DNA of 64,000 bases from a bacterium. Lineage in GTDB: Bacteria; Krumholzibacteriota; Krumholzibacteriia; G020349025. The stretch is taken from contig JANLSU010000050.1 of the NCBI GenBank assembly GCA_031362565.1, positions 17,588-81,587 of the forward strand, in the 5' to 3' direction. A program made the translations under genes and the position numbers. The notes below the pieces were generated by a model. That model did not search any database, was not told where the DNA came from, and saw only the letters and a program-made list of their open reading frames with translations. This document shows positions 60,106 to 64,000 of the stretch, in pieces (the stretch's first letter is position 1; each line of letters begins with the position of its first letter).

Positions 60106-61431
60106 ATGACCGACACCGACTTCCGTGTGTCCACCACCAGTCCATCCCAGTGGGGACGCGTGCTGAGTATCGAAGTGCCTCGCGCTCAGTACGCCGCCGC
60201 CCGCGCCGCGGTGAGCCGCGACCTGCAGAAGCGCGTCGTCCGCCCCGGGTTCCGCAAGGGACACGTGCCGGCGGGGCTGGTGGAGCGCGATTTCGCGCTC
60301 AAGATCGAGGAGACAACCCTCGAAAAGTTCATCCCATCGGTCGCCGACAAGGCGATCGAGCGCGAGGGCCTGGATGTCATCTCGCAGCCGCGCGTCCGCA
60401 ACTTGAGCCTCGACGATCCCGAGGTCGTGAAGTTCGAGGTGCTGCTCGATGTGCGGCCCCAGATCGAGCTGCGGCCCCTGGACGGCCTGAAGGGGACCCG
60501 CTGGACCGCGAGTCTCACCGACGAGCACCTGGCGCGCGCGCTGGGCGAGCTGCAGGACCAGCAGGCGCAGTTCGGCGACGTGGATCGCGCCGCGCAGGAT
60601 GGCGACTATGTCGTGGTCGCATATGTGCCGCTCGACGACGCCGGTGTGGAACGCCTCGACCAGCGAGTCGAGAACTACCCGTTCCAACTGGGGTCGGGCG
60701 GCGTGGTGGCCGAATTCGAGCAAGTCGCCCGCGGCCGCAAGGTCGGTGAGAGCGGGCGCACCGAGGTGCACTATCCCGAGTCGAACGAGAATCCAGACTT
60801 GGCGGGCAAGACGGTCGCCTTTCAGGTGACGGTGCAGGCGGTCAAGGAGAAGCGGGTCCCGGCCGCCGACGACGATCTGGCGCGGGATCTGGGCATGGAG
60901 GACTTCGCGACCCTGCAAGCGCATATCCGCCAGGACCTCGAGCGGCGGGTCAAGGAGGAGTCCGAGCGGGATCTGCGCGAATCGCTCATCGAAGACCTCC
61001 TGGCCACGAATCCGTTCGATGCGCCGGAGTCCATGGTGGAGCAGTACTTGGAGGCGGTGCGCGCCGACTGGGAAGAGCGCCGTAAGCGCATGCATTTGCC
61101 GGCCCCCGAGGCCGCCGAACGCGAGCAGTTCTTGCAGGAGGCTCGTCCGGCAGCGGCGCGGTTCGTCAAGCGCGGACTCCTGCTCGACAAGCTCGGGCAA
61201 GAGCACGGAATCCAGGTGTCCGAGGAAGACGTTGACAAGTGGATCGAGGAGAAGGTACTGGCTGGGGGCTCTGGATCGGCGGACGTGCGCGCGTACTTCG
61301 CCGACGCCCGCCGGCGGCGCCGGCTGCGCAGCGAGTTGACGGAAGAACGATCTTTCGATTTCTTGAAGAGTAAGGCGCGGATCGAGGAAGTGTCGCGTTC
61401 CGTGCCCGCGCCGGGTGCCGAGGGACAGTGA
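60106..61431 (+). CDS. tig: Trigger factor
   Basis: PGFRKGHVP ribosome-binding signature, FKBP-like middle (YP.....DLAGK...F.V.V..VK), position before clpP. Confidence 0.95.
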   Translation: MTDTDFRVSTTSPSQWGRVLSIEVPRAQYAAARAAVSRDLQKRVVRPGFRKGHVPAGLVERDFALKIEETTLEKFIPSVADKAIEREGLDVISQPRVRNLSLDDPEVVKFEVLLDVRPQIELRPLDGLKGTRWTASLTDEHLARALGELQDQQAQFGDVDRAAQDGDYVVVAYVPLDDAGVERLDQRVENYPFQLGSGGVVAEFEQVARGRKVGESGRTEVHYPESNENPDLAGKTVAFQVTVQAVKEKRVPAADDDLARDLGMEDFATLQAHIRQDLERRVKEESERDLRESLIEDLLATNPFDAPESMVEQYLEAVRADWEERRKRMHLPAPEAAEREQFLQEARPAAARFVKRGLLLDKLGQEHGIQVSEEDVDKWIEEKVLAGGSGSADVRAYFADARRRRRLRSELTEERSFDFLKSKARIEEVSRSVPAPGAEGQ

Positions 61432-61448
61432 GGGGGGCTTAGGGGCTT

Positions 61449-62081
61449 ATGGGTTACGTACCGATTGTCATCGAGCAGACAGGCCGGATCGAGCGTTCGT
61501 ACGACATCTATTCCCGCCTGCTCAAGGACCGCATCATCTTCCTGGGCACGGAGATCAACGACCATATCTCCAACCTGATCATCGCCCAGCTTTTGTTCCT
61601 GACGGCCGAGGATCCCGAGCGGGACATCCACCTGTACATCAACAGTCCAGGCGGATCGGTGACGGCAGGGCTCGCCATCTACGACACGATGCAGTACATC
61701 GAGGCCGACGTGGCCACGACGTGCATGGGCATGGCGGCCAGCATGGCGGCGGTGCTCATGGCCTCGGGCGCCAAGGGCAAGCGCTCGGCCCTCCCGAACG
61801 CCCGCATCATGATCCACCAGCCTTTGGGCGGCACCCAGGGCCAGGCCTCGAACCTGGAGATCTACACGAAGGAGATCCTTCTCATTCGTGACCGCCTGAA
61901 CGATATTCTGGCCAAGCACACCGGCCAGGCGGTGAAAAAGATCGCCAAGGACACGGATCGTGACTTCTTCCTGTCGGCCCAGGAGTCCCTGGAGTACGGG
62001 ATCGTCGACAAGGTCATCGAAAAGACCGTGCCTGGGCCCCGCGTCGTCGAGGAAAAGCCGGCGCGCGCCGTGGAGCCCTGA
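61449..62081 (+). CDS. clpP: ATP-dependent Clp protease proteolytic subunit
   Basis: [36 protein letters not shown]. Confidence 0.98.
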   Translation: MGYVPIVIEQTGRIERSYDIYSRLLKDRIIFLGTEINDHISNLIIAQLLFLTAEDPERDIHLYINSPGGSVTAGLAIYDTMQYIEADVATTCMGMAASMAAVLMASGAKGKRSALPNARIMIHQPLGGTQGQASNLEIYTKEILLIRDRLNDILAKHTGQAVKKIAKDTDRDFFLSAQESLEYGIVDKVIEKTVPGPRVVEEKPARAVEP

Positions 62082-62230
62082 GTCCGGGCTCCCGGTTCCG
62101 CTGCCGGGTCTGGTAGACTGTACCCCTGCGCCGGGGTCGACCGCGTGATTCGGGCGTGTTGTGGGGGCGGCAAACGAGTGCCGCCGCAGCCTGGTGGGAG
62201 CCTGGGCACCCAGGAGATTGGAAGTCGCGC

Positions 62231-63457
<1,227 letters not shown>

Positions 63458-63485
63458 CCGGACTTAAAGCGGAACGACGTGGCAA

Positions 63486-63521
63486 GAGCGGCGCCGGGCA
63501 CATCCCGGCGCCGTTCGTCTT
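63486..63521 (+). terminator. clpX terminator hairpin, target of the IIC intron
   Basis: GAGCGGCGCCGGG-cacat-CCCGGCGCCGTTC then GTCTT, immediately before the intron 5' end. Confidence 0.8.
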
Positions 63522-64000
63522 GTACGCCCAGCATGGGCACTGACTTGAGGGTGGAAGTCCCTCCGGGAGCTGGTCACCGCGACCGAAGCGAACCGCAGAG
63601 CGTCGAGCCGCGAGGGCGACGTGCAGGAAGCGGGGAGCGAAACTGCGGGCTGATGAACAAGAACCGCGTACGAGGCGACACCGGGAAGGCGAGCGGGCAA
63701 GTAACCGCGAAGCTTTTGTGACCAAAGCCCGGTGGCGTAAACGCGGCGGTCGTGCAGGGAAGGCCAGTGCTCTTATCTGGGGAGATCTCGCCTTACATCT
63801 GAAAGGATGACGCCGGCCCCGGCGGAGCGAGAAGTCAGCAGAGGCCATAGTAGCCTGGGACGCGGGCCTTCGTCTACGAGTCAACGAGACCAAGAGTGCA
63901 GTGGCGCGCGCCACGGAACGGAAATTCCTGGGCTTTTCCTACTGGATCGGCGCAGGCCGCGACGTGAAACGACGCGTATCACCGCAGGCCCTACGGCGCA
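63522..64000 (+). mobile_element. Group IIC (class C) intron, internally deleted; runs off the window end
   Basis: 5' GTACGCCCAGCATGGG, GGGTGGAAGTCCC, GGAAGCGG, GAACAAGAAC, CTTATCTGGGGAGATCT and AGAAGTCAGCAGAGGCCATAGTAG match class C domains I-III; located right after a terminator. Confidence 0.88.
63865..64000 (+). pseudogene. Fragment of group II intron RT (subdomains 6-7 onward)
   Basis: Translates as GLRLRVNETKSAVARATERKFLGFSYW...; no start codon or RT0-5/YADD upstream. Confidence 0.8.

Overview
High-GC bacterial chromosomal window. Gene content (a C25 peptidase with a FlgD-Ig/T9SS-like C-terminal domain, a DUF6029-like beta-barrel, the yggS-divIVA-pnp-dksA-lspA-rluD order) suggests an FCB-group organism such as Krumholzibacteria/Latescibacteria/Eisenbacteria; this is inference. 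Most of the window is housekeeping: glpK/glpD, trxB, ssb, tRNA-Lys, tmRNA, tdk, a yggS...larE run with an embedded RsbV/RsbW/RsbU partner-switching module, tRNA-Val, ino1, a thiolase/crotonase/IPMDH-family operon, and tRNA-Leu-tig-clpP-clpX. Mobile elements are an HNH (DUF222-type) endonuclease gene, an intact RT-encoding group II intron (4015-5957, perfect EBS1/IBS1), and a class IIC intron behind the clpX terminator that has lost most of its RT by internal deletion. The most notable observations are: (i) a hidden selenoprotein (16237-16785, UxxC, SECIS-like hairpin 11 nt after UGA) heading a translationally coupled operon with a TlpA and a Cys-pair beta-barrel; (ii) a shared C-terminal motif V-x3-[TS]-W-[ST]-x-V-K-x-L-[YF] on three exported proteins, a candidate undescribed sorting signal; (iii) a cluster of one dockerin-like and two paralogous, possibly cohesin-like, Cys-rich exported proteins after tRNA-Val. 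All family calls come from motif recognition by eye; no database searches were run. Several start codons are my choices rather than the longest-ORF starts.
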